From Adineta vaga (Eukaryota > Animalia > Rotifera), in assembly GCA_021613535.1 (NCBI GenBank), contig CP075493.1:7440001-7504000 (forward strand): a stretch of 64,000 nt of DNA, read 5' to 3'. The notes beneath the pieces were generated by a model. It was not told where the DNA came from and ran no database searches. It saw only the letters and a program-made list of their open reading frames with translations. The first letter of the stretch is position 1. Each line of letters opens with the position of its first letter. This document shows positions 26,924 through 43,289 of the stretch, piece after piece. The position numbers and the translations under genes were made by a program.

Positions 26924-27510
26924 AGCTATTATTCTACAAAAGAAAATCTCTTTTATTGTCGATCATATGCAATCAAAATTCAATTCTCATTCTCTCTCAT
27001 TCACTCCTGTTTCACATGTCAATTTACTTTCATAATCAACCAACATTGAACATTTATATTTGGTTTCCTCAATAAGAAGAATACATGAAAACTTTTCTTC
27101 TTATAATAATTTTTGAAAGAAAAACTCTTTATTGTATATAAATACAAAGTACCGTTTGTTTTTCTTCTCTTGTACAGTTCTTGATCTATACATCCACATA
27201 TATATATATACACATACATATATGCAGAAGCGAACAGTTTGTTTCTTGCTTCGTTGTTACTGTTACTGTTCGTCTAGATTGACTATTGTGTTCATTTCGT
27301 TTCATTTTCTTCTATTTTCAGTTTTATATCTCGAAAAAAAAGTTAAATGAAAAACAAAACAAAAAAAAATGACAAGAAAAAAAACCCGTTTCCTATCTTC
27401 TCTATGTGTTAGACTCTATTGTTTTCTTTTTTGTGTTTACTCAGAGAAAGAACTCATTTGGAAAAGAAAGAATAAGAAATCATCAATGAATTTTTGTAGA
27501 ATAAAATACG

Positions 27511-31161
<3,651 letters not shown>

Positions 31162-31552
31162 GCAATACATATATTATAAACTAGTTTTCGATCAGAGTAA
31201 TCGTTCCATTGCATCTCAATAGCGCATGATAGTTACTGATGAGATGATTAAATCGAAGTCATCATTGATTAAGATCTTTTCTCGGAAACTTTTATTTGTT
31301 TTAGAGAAACGAAACAATTTTTTTTTCATACAAATAAAATAAAAACATGCCTACAGATTCTTCCTTGTTCTTCTCTCTCATCATACATCTGTTAATTCGT
31401 CTTTATAAAAAAAGAGTAAACTTCAAGTACGAGAACGACAATCAAGAAAAAAAAATAAAATGTATAAAGGGTAGTTATATAAGATAAGGAAAAAAAGATC
31501 ATCACTTAAACGAGAAAAAAAAGGGAAATCACGACGAACGTACAGATCAAAC

Positions 31553-33200
31553 TTAATAAGCTCGTACTCGGCTATTGAAGTTACCGTAGTACATGCTGTT
31601 ACGATTACCATAACCGCCATTGCCTTGACGTTGATAGTGACCATTATTTCGTCGATAACCTGTGCGTTGATTTCCACCTTGTGGTGTTGGACGATATTTC
31701 AAACCGAATGTTTCAGCATTAACACGTCGTTCTTCATTCCAGTTGCGACGAGTGTTTCTAAAAAGAAAAGACGAACACAAAATTTGATTTGAATGAAGAT
31801 CTGTGGAAATCTTACGTTTTTTCTTTAGTGGTTGATTCACATGAAATTCGATCGAAGAAGCTTTTTTGTTTGTCATAATAACCATCAAGATTCAGTTCTT
31901 GAAGTTCTGATTGTGTTGATGATGACATTGTTGGTTGATTTTCTTTATCTTGTTCACTCTTAGGTGAATCACTTGTTGTTTCACATTTTGTTGGTTTAAT
32001 TGATAAACTTTTCTTGATTTCATCTTCAATAGCATTCTTATCGAATTCAGCATTCGATTTTTCGAAATCGAAATCGCCAACAAATTTCAATGTTGAACGA
32101 TTTGGTCCAGTTGTACGTTCACGTTGTTGACGAGTATTGCGTGATGATTGTTGATTGTTGGGCATACCACCAGTTGAATTACGTCGTGGACGATAACCAT
32201 ATCTTCCAGATGATTGTTGACCTTAGAAAAAAGTACAATAAATATAATTTAATTGCGAAAACAGAATTGAAACTTACGTCTTGCTGGATAATATCGATTA
32301 TCGTTAAAGTTTTGTTGTTGTTGATGTTGTCTTGAAAAACGCTGTGATTGACGTGGCCATTCACCATAACCATTACCACGACGTGATGGTAAATAATCAT
32401 TGTAATAATCTTGTTGTCGACCACGTCGTTGGTTACCATAAGAATAATCTTGGGCATCATAGTGACCTGATGGTGATTGTTGATTGTATTGTCTTGATGA
32501 ACGTTGGTTGAAGTTCATTTGACGGTATGGTTCGAAAGATTTCAAACCTTTACCATTACCTTGACGATGTGGTGGTGATGGCATGGTACCACGGTTTGAT
32601 GATGAACGTGTTTGGCCGTTTTGTGATAATGCTGAAAAGATGAGTTTAGTTTAGAGAAAAAAAACCATGGAAAACTTCATGAATGTTACCTGCAAGATGG
32701 GTGTTGGTTCCAATTGTATTTGAACGAGCATTATCAGAATAGGCAGATGACTACAGAGAAGAAATTAATGGTAAGATATTTTTTGTAAAGAAGAAAAGAA
32801 AGTATATACTTCGACGATGGCTGGATCTTGAGTCATTGAACTTTGTGGAGGTTCACGTACTTGAAGATCTTCAATATCAGCACCACGGAAAATAATGTAT
32901 TCGAAGATTTCATCCCGAGCTGGTACTGGTCGATCAGTTGGACGATCTTCAGTACCAAATGAACGCACTAAAATTAGTAAAAAAATATTATTTCAAAATA
33001 TCGTTTTTCTATTCGTAAATTTCAAAATTTTTACCTTTGGAAAGTGCTACAGTCGATTCATTAGCATCGATTGTATAGAGAATACCTTCATAACGAATTT
33101 TAGCTTTTGATACGAGACTAATTTTCGATCCGAGATATGGCGAATCAGTTGTACCAGATGACGAAGTCTTCTTTAATGTGGTATTATTAGCTAAGCTCAT
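31553..33200 (-). CDS. LSM14: LSM14/RAP55/Trailer hitch (Scd6) mRNP granule protein
   Basis: LSm domain [25 protein letters not shown]...[10 protein letters not shown]...[14 protein letters not shown]; FDF (DFDFEKSN), FFD ([13 protein letters not shown]) and TFG ([11 protein letters not shown]) motifs. Confidence 0.96.
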
Positions 33201-34056
33201 TTTGATATTTGATTTCTGCTATCGACGTATGGACGGAGAAAGACGAAAAGTGAAGACGATAAATCGAAAGTAAACTACTTTTACTTCTTTTTTTTCTTTT
33301 GTTCACATAGATGATTTCGATTATAGGCAGATATATATTGGACGAGAATAGTCACTTTTGATAGAAATCATTCATCGAGGGTTTTATAGAAGAATATCTG
33401 TTCACTTTCTTTGATTAAATCGAATGTAAAAAGAGAGATGTTTCTCGAAGAGAGCGATTCCAGGGATGATACTAGACTAGAGCGATCGATAGAGAAAGAT
33501 TTAAAACGACCGGTAAATCGCCGACGAGGAGGATGATCCTATAAATAAACTAAAGATGCATTTGAAAATTCCAGGATAGAATCATAGATTTAATTCTAAA
33601 GGAAAATATTTCAGAGAAATAATAACTGATCTTTGAAAATCTAGAGGTCACTAATATACAACATGAATACTCATTTCAATAATAGAAGAATTTGATATGA
33701 AAAAAACAAATAGATAATGAATTTGTTTGATGGAATTTAATAGAAAATTTTAAGAGCATTTTCATGGTATGAACAAAAGTTTTTATTGGATTAAATTTGT
33801 TTTCCAGCTGATGTTTGCAATGAGTCATTGATACATCAACCGGTTTCAATTCAATCTATTCTAATCTAATTCTGCTGTCAACTGCGAGACCGCAAAGAAA
33901 TAAAGATGTTAAAATAATGATTGATCAAAATGAATACGAATTGTTTGCTAGTTATGCATTTCATCTGCAAAGAAGGAGAAAAATGAAATAGAGTATGCCG
34001 TGAAAGAGTATTTATTATAGTTTATAAACATAACATTTTATACTCGGAATCCTATG

Positions 34057-34073
34057 TATATAAAATGACGTCA
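34057..34073 (+). promoter_or_regulatory. TATA-like element followed by a perfect CRE palindrome (TGACGTCA) about 110 nt upstream of the SOAT start, in the LSM14/SOAT divergent intergenic region
   Basis: TATATAAAA at 34057-34065, TGACGTCA at 34066-34073. Motif match only. Confidence 0.3.
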
Positions 34074-34184
34074 AACTATGCCATATTTTTGAAAATATTG
34101 TTATGATGCCATAAATATAAACAACATTTCTTTAGAATATCAGTAGATTTGTTTTTTTGATTCGGTTCATCTATCAACACGGTT

Positions 34185-36656
34185 ATGGCTTCAACTAGAA
34201 AACAAGGCCATGGTTCGTTGTATTTAGTTCTTCTCTTGTAAGTCTATATTCAAATATATTTTCTATGTACTTTTAGAACGATCAGCAAGTGCTGAATTTC
34301 GTCGTGTTGATCGAACAGAACAAATTCATAATGCAACTGAAGTAATTCGTTGTTTTCTTCAAAATAAAAACAAACGTCTATAAACTTTGATTTCTTTTTC
34401 AAAAAGCGTCTTCGATCTGATATAATCAATTATGTTAGTACTCGTCTGGAAGAATTTTCGTCAGAAATCAAACAAACAACTGATCTTCCATCTGTTGACG
34501 ATATTCTTAAACAGCCAGTTATGTCTGCATTAGATTTAGCAATAATCAATAAGATTGAAACAGAACCAACAATACAAAATGATGATAATACAAAGAAAAA
34601 ATCGACATCAGCATTTCCTACGAAAATATTTCGAATGCGTTCATCAATACTAACAGAATTATTACAAGTTTCACATATTCGATCTATACGACAAATTTTC
34701 ATTGCAGTTCTTGTCACTGTTTTCTTACAAGTTGCTATCTCTGACCTATTCGAATATGGAACGTAAGTTTAGAAGAATAGATAAGTTTCTTCAACGAAAC
34801 AACTGTTTCTCTAGAATTGATTTTCGTTTCGATGTTATTCTATGGAATTTTTCGAATGTATCTGCTTGTTTTCGACTTTGGCTTTGTTTATTTCTATCAA
34901 CTTGTATCATTGTCTACAATGCGTTTCATTTCTGGGCATATAAACGTCTTTCATTTATTCCATCTGTTTCATCAACAAAAATTCCAATCAAACCAACTTC
35001 ACTCTGTAAAATCGAAAGAAGTTTTTCATTTTTTCAAAATTGTTTCGTTTCTTGTATTTTATTAGTAATCTTTGATTGGTTTTGGCTTGTGGCTTATTGT
35101 TGCTATATTGGATTATTTCTATATTTTCCAGTACATTGTATTTTAGCAGAGAATTATCCAATTGCAACACGAATATTTATTTTAATGGAACAAGTAAGTA
35201 ATCATATGTAGACATAGGCATAATTAATATACAGTCTTCTTTTTAGGTTCGTTTTCTTATGAAATCACATGCATTCGTTCGTGAGAATACACCACGCGCC
35301 ATCCTTTATAGTCAGATTCATTCAAAAGAAAGTTAGTTTTTATCCATATGATTTCCTTATTTATCTTCTTTTTTCTCAGTTGCAACTGAAGAAGCATTGA
35401 ATGATAAACTTGAAGATTCTTTTAGTGGTCAAAAAGCTTTCGCTGTTCCACATACTCCATGTCCAGAATTTTCCAAATTTCTCTATTTTCTTTTTGCACC
35501 TACATTGATCTATCGAGATTCTTATCCACGTACGTCATCAGTTCAATGGAAATATGTTCTATCTCAACTGGCACAATTTGCTGCTACAGCATTATTTGGT
35601 TATTATCTATTCTATCGATTCTGTTTGCCAGTTTTTCGTCATTTTAAATCCGAACATGTTACTCTGAAGAAATTTGTACTTTCAATTCTTAGTTGTACTT
35701 TACCAGGAGCACTTCTTCTATTTTGCGGTATGTTCAAATTATATCGTTGAATAAGGCAACACAAATAGTTCTTTGGTTTTCCTATAGCTTTTTATGGTTT
35801 CTTGCATTGTTGGCTTAATGCATTCGCCGAAATGCTTCGCTTTGCTGATCGACAATTTTATAGTGTAGGATTGAACAATTTTCTATATTTTATTGTCTAA
35901 TTATCTATTCATTTACAGGACTGGTGGACTGCAACTTCATGGAGTAGTTATTATCGAACATGGAATATCGTTAGTTATACATTTCTCCTATTGCTATTGA
36001 AATCATTAATCATCTATGTTATAGGTTGTTCATGATTGGCTTTATACTTATGTATATCGTGATTGTCATAAAGTAAGATGAAATCAATGAAGATAAGATT
36101 TGAAAAAAGGTTTCATATTTTTTTCTTATAGTTACTTGGTGTGAAATATCGTCTAGTATCCATGTATACAGTTATCTTTCTCAGTGCATGTGTACATGAA
36201 TATATTCTTGCGTTAGCTTTTGGATATTTCTATCCAATATTATTTCTACAATTTGCTGTTCTTGGATGTAAGTTTAACTTTGATGTTTAAAAGAAACAAA
36301 AATGTTTTTGGAGTTTTTCTTTCTATTATTTTAAAGTTATTTCTATGCTGATTTTGCCACAACGGACACAAAATAATGCTTTTAATGTTTTTATCTGGAC
36401 ATCCTTATTTGTTGGACTTGGCATGCAAATGTGCTTGTATTCAATTGAATGGTATGCTCGACAAAATTGCCCTCGAACAGTTGTAAGTAGTATTGAAAAT
36501 TTTATCATGACTAAAAATACTTTTCTTTCTCGTTATTTCTTATAGAATGGACCGTTGGATTATTTTGTACCTCGATCACTTTTTTGTCGAGATGTCAATG
36601 ATACAATGACGATAAATAGGGAATCTTCCTCGACAACACTTCATATGGATTTGTAA
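34185..36656 (+). CDS. SOAT1: Sterol O-acyltransferase (ACAT/SOAT, MBOAT family)
   Basis: [115 protein letters not shown]. Confidence 0.94.
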
Positions 36657-38501
36657 ATGAGAGAATGTATCTATTTTGAACTGATAATTAATCAATTTAT
36701 TCCACTATTTTTTTTTGTTTTGACACAAAATCTCATAACACAGAAAAACAAATGAATGTTCTAGATCTGATTTTTATTGTAGTAGTTGTAAAAAATAACT
36801 ATTTCTGAATAAATTTTTATCCTTGAGAGGTTTATTAACGGTTCAATTATATACCTGTCATCACAGTGTACATAATCTGTATAGCGGATAGAAAAGCCGT
36901 CATCATCGTCATCAAAAGGCGACAAATAGTTCATTGTGATTGTGGTTCTTTTTTGCTGTTGAGTAACATGTGATTGATGTATAAGAGAACAATGAAAGAA
37001 GGTTATAATATACACTATGCCTGATTCATTTTTGATAAACGATCAATTCAACTAGAGGGAAGGATTTGCTTGAACTATGAGTATTAGATCAATCATTGTG
37101 TCTATATCATTGATAATATAAACAGGCTTCTTTCTTTTGGATATAATAATATGAGAACTCAGAGGTCAAACAAGTCCTACGGCGGGTCAATATTACGTGC
37201 TTTTCTTCTCGGATTATTATTATTACGATGTCACGACCGTTGTATAAGTTAAAGTAGGAAAAGAACGAGACACACCGGCCAAGGTCTTTTACTTCCTCAT
37301 TTGTTCATTCGTTCCCTTGTCTACTTGTACGAGTACACACCTTTCTATCTTTTTTCTTATTTACTTGCCATATGTCTTGGGACATCGAGACCAAGAATTT
37401 CTTTTTTTCCTTTTCTTCTTTACTGGCAACACAAAAAAATGAGAAGAAGAAAATCAACAGCTTGCTATGTCTTTCCTCTTTCTATTGGGTTAGTTGCTGT
37501 TCAAGGCAAACACGAACATAACAACTCATACGTTGATGGTACTGCACCGTATAGTAGAAACAAGAGGGAATATATATATATATTATATCTTATGTAAGAG
37601 AACAAACTATTCTTTTCTTTCACATATGAAATAGAAAAAGAGAAAGCAAGAAAAAAGACTGTCGTATGCAGAAGAACAAATGATCGAGCTTGTATCCATG
37701 TATTTTATCGATAGAAAACGGGAGAGAAAAGGAAAAAGAGAAGAGAAAAGACAGAACAAACTTTATTCATTCAGAGAAAAAAGCTTAGACGCAAAAGAAA
37801 AAAATCTCTCCTTTTTTTGCGCGGAACTTTTTGGGCCATTTTTTCTTATTCTTCTTTTCATTACTTATTTGCTCGACTCCTTCTTTTCATTGTCATCATC
37901 TATAGCGTCCTTTCTTTCTTCCTGGCCTATTACGTTAGTCGAAAGAGACATCAATACGCCAAAAGTACACACGTGATACGTTAAATGACGAAAGGAAGAC
38001 TGAGACACACCAAGTGGAGGAGGGAAGAGACTACGAAAGACGGAGAGAGAGAGAGAGCAAAAAAACACCTTCATATACATAGATACGCTTTGGAATCGAT
38101 TGTTTTACAAGGCACATTCATCTTTCTGTCTGCCTCTTTCTCTCTCTCTCTCTCTCTCTGTATATATATGTGTATAGACTAGGTACAAAATGACACAATT
38201 AATGTTGACGGTAAGTTAAACAATCAGTTGATTGGAAAGATTTTTTATTTTTTTATTATGATTCTAGAGGCTTATCGACCTTGATTTGAGTTGTATTGGA
38301 AGAAGAAACTGTTTTTTTTTTCACTATTTTTACTTTCATTTTAGATTGTTGTTGGGTTCCATCATTGGCTGACAGCTAGGAGGGAGGGAAGAGAGTTCGA
38401 TAGAAGGTTTTCATCATGACTCGTTAGGTTTACGACACACTGTGGCCTGTTTGCTCGAGAGGCCTCTATATAAAGCGAGCGCAAAATAAATTCTTACAAA
38501 A

Positions 38502-41500
38502 ATGAATGAAACTAGCAATATCAGCAGTACAACCACCGGTGGCGTTTGTTCATCGTGTCTCAAAGAAATGCCTATTGTTATGACATCATCGTCATCATCC
38601 CGACTCTGTTCGAATTGTCTAACAGAGTTTCTCGATCCTCAACAAATACAATCACCATTTTCCTCCGATATCAATAATAAATTCCCACTATTTCCATCCT
38701 CATCATCACAACCATTACTTGGTCTTCAACATCATCATCAGCAGCAACAACAACAACAGCCGCAGTCTATAATTCAACCCCATTTTTCTCCGTTATCATC
38801 ATCATCTGCTTCTTCAACATCATCATCGATTTCATCAACAAATCGACGTTTTAGTACATTTGATCCATTTACATCCGGCAATGATTTAAAAACTAATCTT
38901 TTTCATCCGTTTGCCGATTTAAATAATGCGTTTTCACCATTAACTTCATCAAATTTAAATAACAATAATGATTTCGAATCCACATCGACTACAACGGATT
39001 TTATGCGTTATTTTCATCATTTTCTTAATGGAAATAGCCATAATAGTTTCATGGATCGTGATAGTCCATCTAGTAGTGTTCAAAGTACTGATTTCTCTCC
39101 TTTACTTGCATCCAGTTTACCTAATAATAATAATCATCTTCCAACTCAATCAATATTACAACGTCAACATTCAGCATTTTCATCCATGGATTCAACTACA
39201 AGTTCAACACCATCAATAAATCGTCTATCAACAAATGATCTTCCATCATCATTCTGTTGTTTTGCTAATAATCCTCCATATACTTATTGTCTTGAATGTG
39301 AAACATCTTTATGTGAAAAATGTGCGCTCACACATCCAAAAATGCTTGGTTTTAAAGATCATCGACAACAATTATTATCATCAGCACAATTTCCAAATAC
39401 TAATTCACGATCGATTATCGGTCAACCACCACGGTCATCTACTCAACAACAACAACAACAACCGCCTGATATTTTACCAACAAATGCAGGTAATATTAGT
39501 TTGTCCTTATTTACTTATTTATTTTTCAAGGTAATCTTTCGTTTTTTTCTTCTCTACAGTACGTTTACCTCAACAAACACCATTCGATCTGTCCTTGAAT
39601 CGACCATCTGTGAATAATAATTCTGCGAATGATTTTCAATCATTATTTAGTTCCTTTTTCTCTCAATTATCACTAAATACACCTACTTCAACAGATAATT
39701 CCAATTCAACTCCTTTATCACCATCTCTCTCATCACCACCAGTACCATCCTCCTCTTCATCATCTTCTTCAACTATTTTTTGTCATGAACATCCAACTTC
39801 AAAAGCATCCTACTATTGTGATATGTGTTCACGACCTTATTGTCATGAATGTCAAATTCATCATGCTCAACAGCATACGTTATCATCTTTACAAGATACA
39901 ATTGATAGTGCTCGACAATTAACGAAACAATTTCTAATTGAATCGCAAACATTATTATATCATTTAGATGAATCTTTAAAACAATCGACACGAACAATAG
40001 AAAATATTTCAATAAAAAGTTCAACAATTGAAAATGAAATACGTACAATGATCAAATATTTCCTCGATATACTTTCTCAACGACAAGATTTTCTTTTGAA
40101 AAATGTCGATAAAATACAAACAATGAAAACACAAACATTACAAAGACAAATCAATGAATTAAATCAAGTTATTAAACAGTTACATTTAACGATACTTGAT
40201 TGTAACGAATGTTTAAAAAATGGTACGGATGCTGATTTAATTCGTATACGAACACGTTTATGGAACGAAACAATTAAGATGAAACAAACCTTATTATTAT
40301 ATTTAAAACCTATTGAAGATGATTATATACAATTTCAAGGTTCACCAACATTAATTAATAAATCTTTGATCAATTATGGTCAATTAATGAGCTCAACATT
40401 TCCACCTTTATGTGAATTATATGGTGATTCACTTTATTACACAATACGTAATCGTTTAACTGTTTTAAATCTTCAAACACGTAATCATCTAGGTGAATTA
40501 CGTACAACAGGTGGTGATAATATACAATGTTGTTTAATTGATACAGGTACAAATCAAACGATACCATGTGATATATATGATCGTCAAAATGGTCAATATT
40601 TTATAACCTATATAACACAAAGTGATAATTTACATATTTTAAATGTCTATGTTAATAATGCTCCAATCAAGGACAATCCATTTCGTATACAAATCAAACA
40701 AAATCGTAATTATTCAACTTTAGGTTTAAAATTAGAATTTGAAATTGGTGGAGAAGGTGATCAAGAAGGAAAATTATGTCGACCATGGGGTATTTGTTGT
40801 GATAATCAATCGAATATAATTGTTGCTGATCGATCAAATAATCGTATACAAATATTCAATAAACATGGACAATTTTTAAGAAAATTTGGTACACAAGGTA
40901 ATCGTCCTGGTCAATTTGATCGACCTGCTGGTGTTGCATTTGATAAACAATTAAATCGTATCATTGTTACCGATAAGGATAATCATCGAATACAAGTATT
41001 TACATCTAATGGAGAATATATATTTAAATTTGGTGAAAAAGGTACAAAACCCGGTCAATTTAATTATCCATGGGATGTTGCAGTATCATCATCATCATCA
41101 CAAATTTTAATATCAGATACACGTAATCATCGTATACAATTATTTTCAAAAGATGGCTTATTCTTACGTAAATATGGTTTTGATGGACCTATATGGAAAC
41201 AATTTGATTCGCCACGTGGTGTCGTTTTTACACATGCTGGACATATAATTGTTTCTGATTTTAATAATCATCGATTATTATTTATATCATCGGATTTTCA
41301 AAATGCTCGATTTTTAGGAAGTGAAGGTTCAGGTAATGGACAATTTCTTCGTCCACAAGGTGTTGATATTGATGCTGAGGGAAATATTATTGTTGCTGAT
41401 TCACGAAATTATCGTGTTCAAATCTTTTCCTCACAAGGTGTTTTTAAAACGAAATTCGGTACGCAAGGTTCTGGTCCTTTACAAATGGATCGACCAAGTG

Positions 41501-41571
41501 GCTTATGTGTTACTCCGGATGGTCTTATTCTTGTTGTTGATTTTGGTAATAATCGTATTCTTGCCTATTAA
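38502..41571 (+). CDS. lin-41: lin-41/TRIM71 (wech-like) TRIM-NHL RNA-binding protein; one coding intron 39490-39559
   Basis: B-box 1 (YCLECETSLCEKCALTH), B-box 2 (CHEH...YCDMCSRPYCHEC), coiled coil, filamin (RTTGGDN...NGQY...IKDNPF), six NHL repeats with TRIM71-type GKLCRPWG, VADRSNNRIQ, TDKDNHRIQ, FNYPWDVA, VDFGNNRIL. Confidence 0.92.
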
Positions 41572-42054
41572 AATTCTGTCTACGATTCGATTTCTCACAC
41601 TTTTGCACACTCAGGTATCTTTCTCTTTCTCTTTGTCTCTCTCTCTCTGTTTTTTCTAAACGTATATTCACATATATCAACCCGGTAGATATGCACAAAG
41701 AACAGTCTTTTCTCTTCTCTTCTCTCGGAAAATTTTGGAAAAACAAAATTACAAACTAAAAAAACTAAACTTTTTCAACAAAATATGAGTTATTTCTTTC
41801 TCCTTTTCTGGCTCTCTCTATGAGTGAGGCACAAAAATTCGAACAGTCGCAGGAAACATACAGTTTACATGTATATGTATATAAACAAAGTCTCATTTAG
41901 TTGTTGTTTGTTGTTTATAATCGTTGTTCATTGAATGTCTCTTTCATTCTCGTTTTCTTAATTCGAACTTTTTTTTCCTTTCCTTGTCTTTGCAAGCACA
42001 GTGGTGCTTTTTTTTCAAAAACAAAAGAAATCTTTTCTTCAATTTTTTTATACA

Positions 42055-42077
42055 TATATATATATATATATATATAT
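42055..42077. repeat. (TA)n microsatellite in the lin-41 3'UTR
   Basis: Direct run of TA; similar (TA)n, (TG)n, (CT)n and (AAT)n runs are scattered through the non-coding DNA. Confidence 0.8.
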
Positions 42078-43289
42078 CTATAGCTTCAAGTCGCTAGATC
42101 TATCTGCAGGGTAACACATATACAGACATTTTATAATGTTCTCTCGTTATATAACTCAGGAACACGTCTATGTGTGTCTCACTCAGGATGAACAGTAGTG
42201 ACTTTTTTCGAAACAGTACTACAATAATTCGTTTATATTTTTTTCTCGGTTTTTTTCGTTCTTTCTTTCTTTCTTTCGTCATTTTCCCTTTTCAATTTTT
42301 TTTTGTTTTAACAAAAGAAAAACAAATAATACAGGAATTTTTCACTACTTTATTATATTACTGCTGCTGCTGATAAACAAATATAGGAGGCAAACGAACA
42401 GAGTTCTTGGAAATCTTTTTCTTTTATATTCAAATCTACAAATACGCAGTTCGCAGACATAATCTTGCCACTCGGATTTTCAACGAAATACATATTTAAA
42501 AAAGACTACACTTAGTGTTTTTTTAATCATCGTCTATTGCTATTGTTTTACTCGCTCCTTTTTTTATCCTTTTAATCTACAATTTTGCTCTTTCTCTCTC
42601 TTTCCCTTCGTTTCGCGTTTTCATTTTCTCGCTTTAGCATTTGTTCTATCCTAAATTGCTATTTCTTTGTGTGTGTGTGTGTGTATTGTTCTCTTTTGTA
42701 AAATAATCTTTTCGTTTTGAAATTCGAGTGCAAATCAATAAAAATAAAGTCGATTTATCATATACATATTTATTTGTTTAGTTTGCCTTCAATTCAGGGT
42801 CATTGTCGAAAGACGCCGTCAGCGTCTCGGCACGCATTACTTGTTGACTCTAGTCAAGGTTGCAAATTAAGTATTATATGCATGTATAGTACGTTGCCTT
42901 CGTCGGATAAAAACAGAGTTTGACATTGAGAAAAAACTTGTTTGTCTCGTTCTCTTCCGTCGTTGATAGACATTCGTCCTTGTCTGAGTAGTTAAAGGGA
43001 AAAAGAAAAAAAGAAACTCAAGGCAAAATGTCTACACATAGTAATGAACAACTTGCGTCTCGTTCTTATCAAATAGACATTATTCAAGGTCATCAAGACA
43101 AACAGCAATAGAGTAGAAGAGAAACAGAACGGATGGTTTCATGCATATTTTCCAGCTGATGTTAATCATCTTTCTCTTCGATGACATGTGACCTTGAAAA
43201 GGACAGAGAGAAAGATATTTTTTATTATGCAATAACAAGATTGAAAGAATCTTTTTTTAACTTTATTTTCTCAATGATAAATTCATCAT

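Noticed and set aside
34185-36656. DGAT1 as an alternative call
   Set aside because: [15 protein letters not shown] and EWYAR motifs are SOAT-type.
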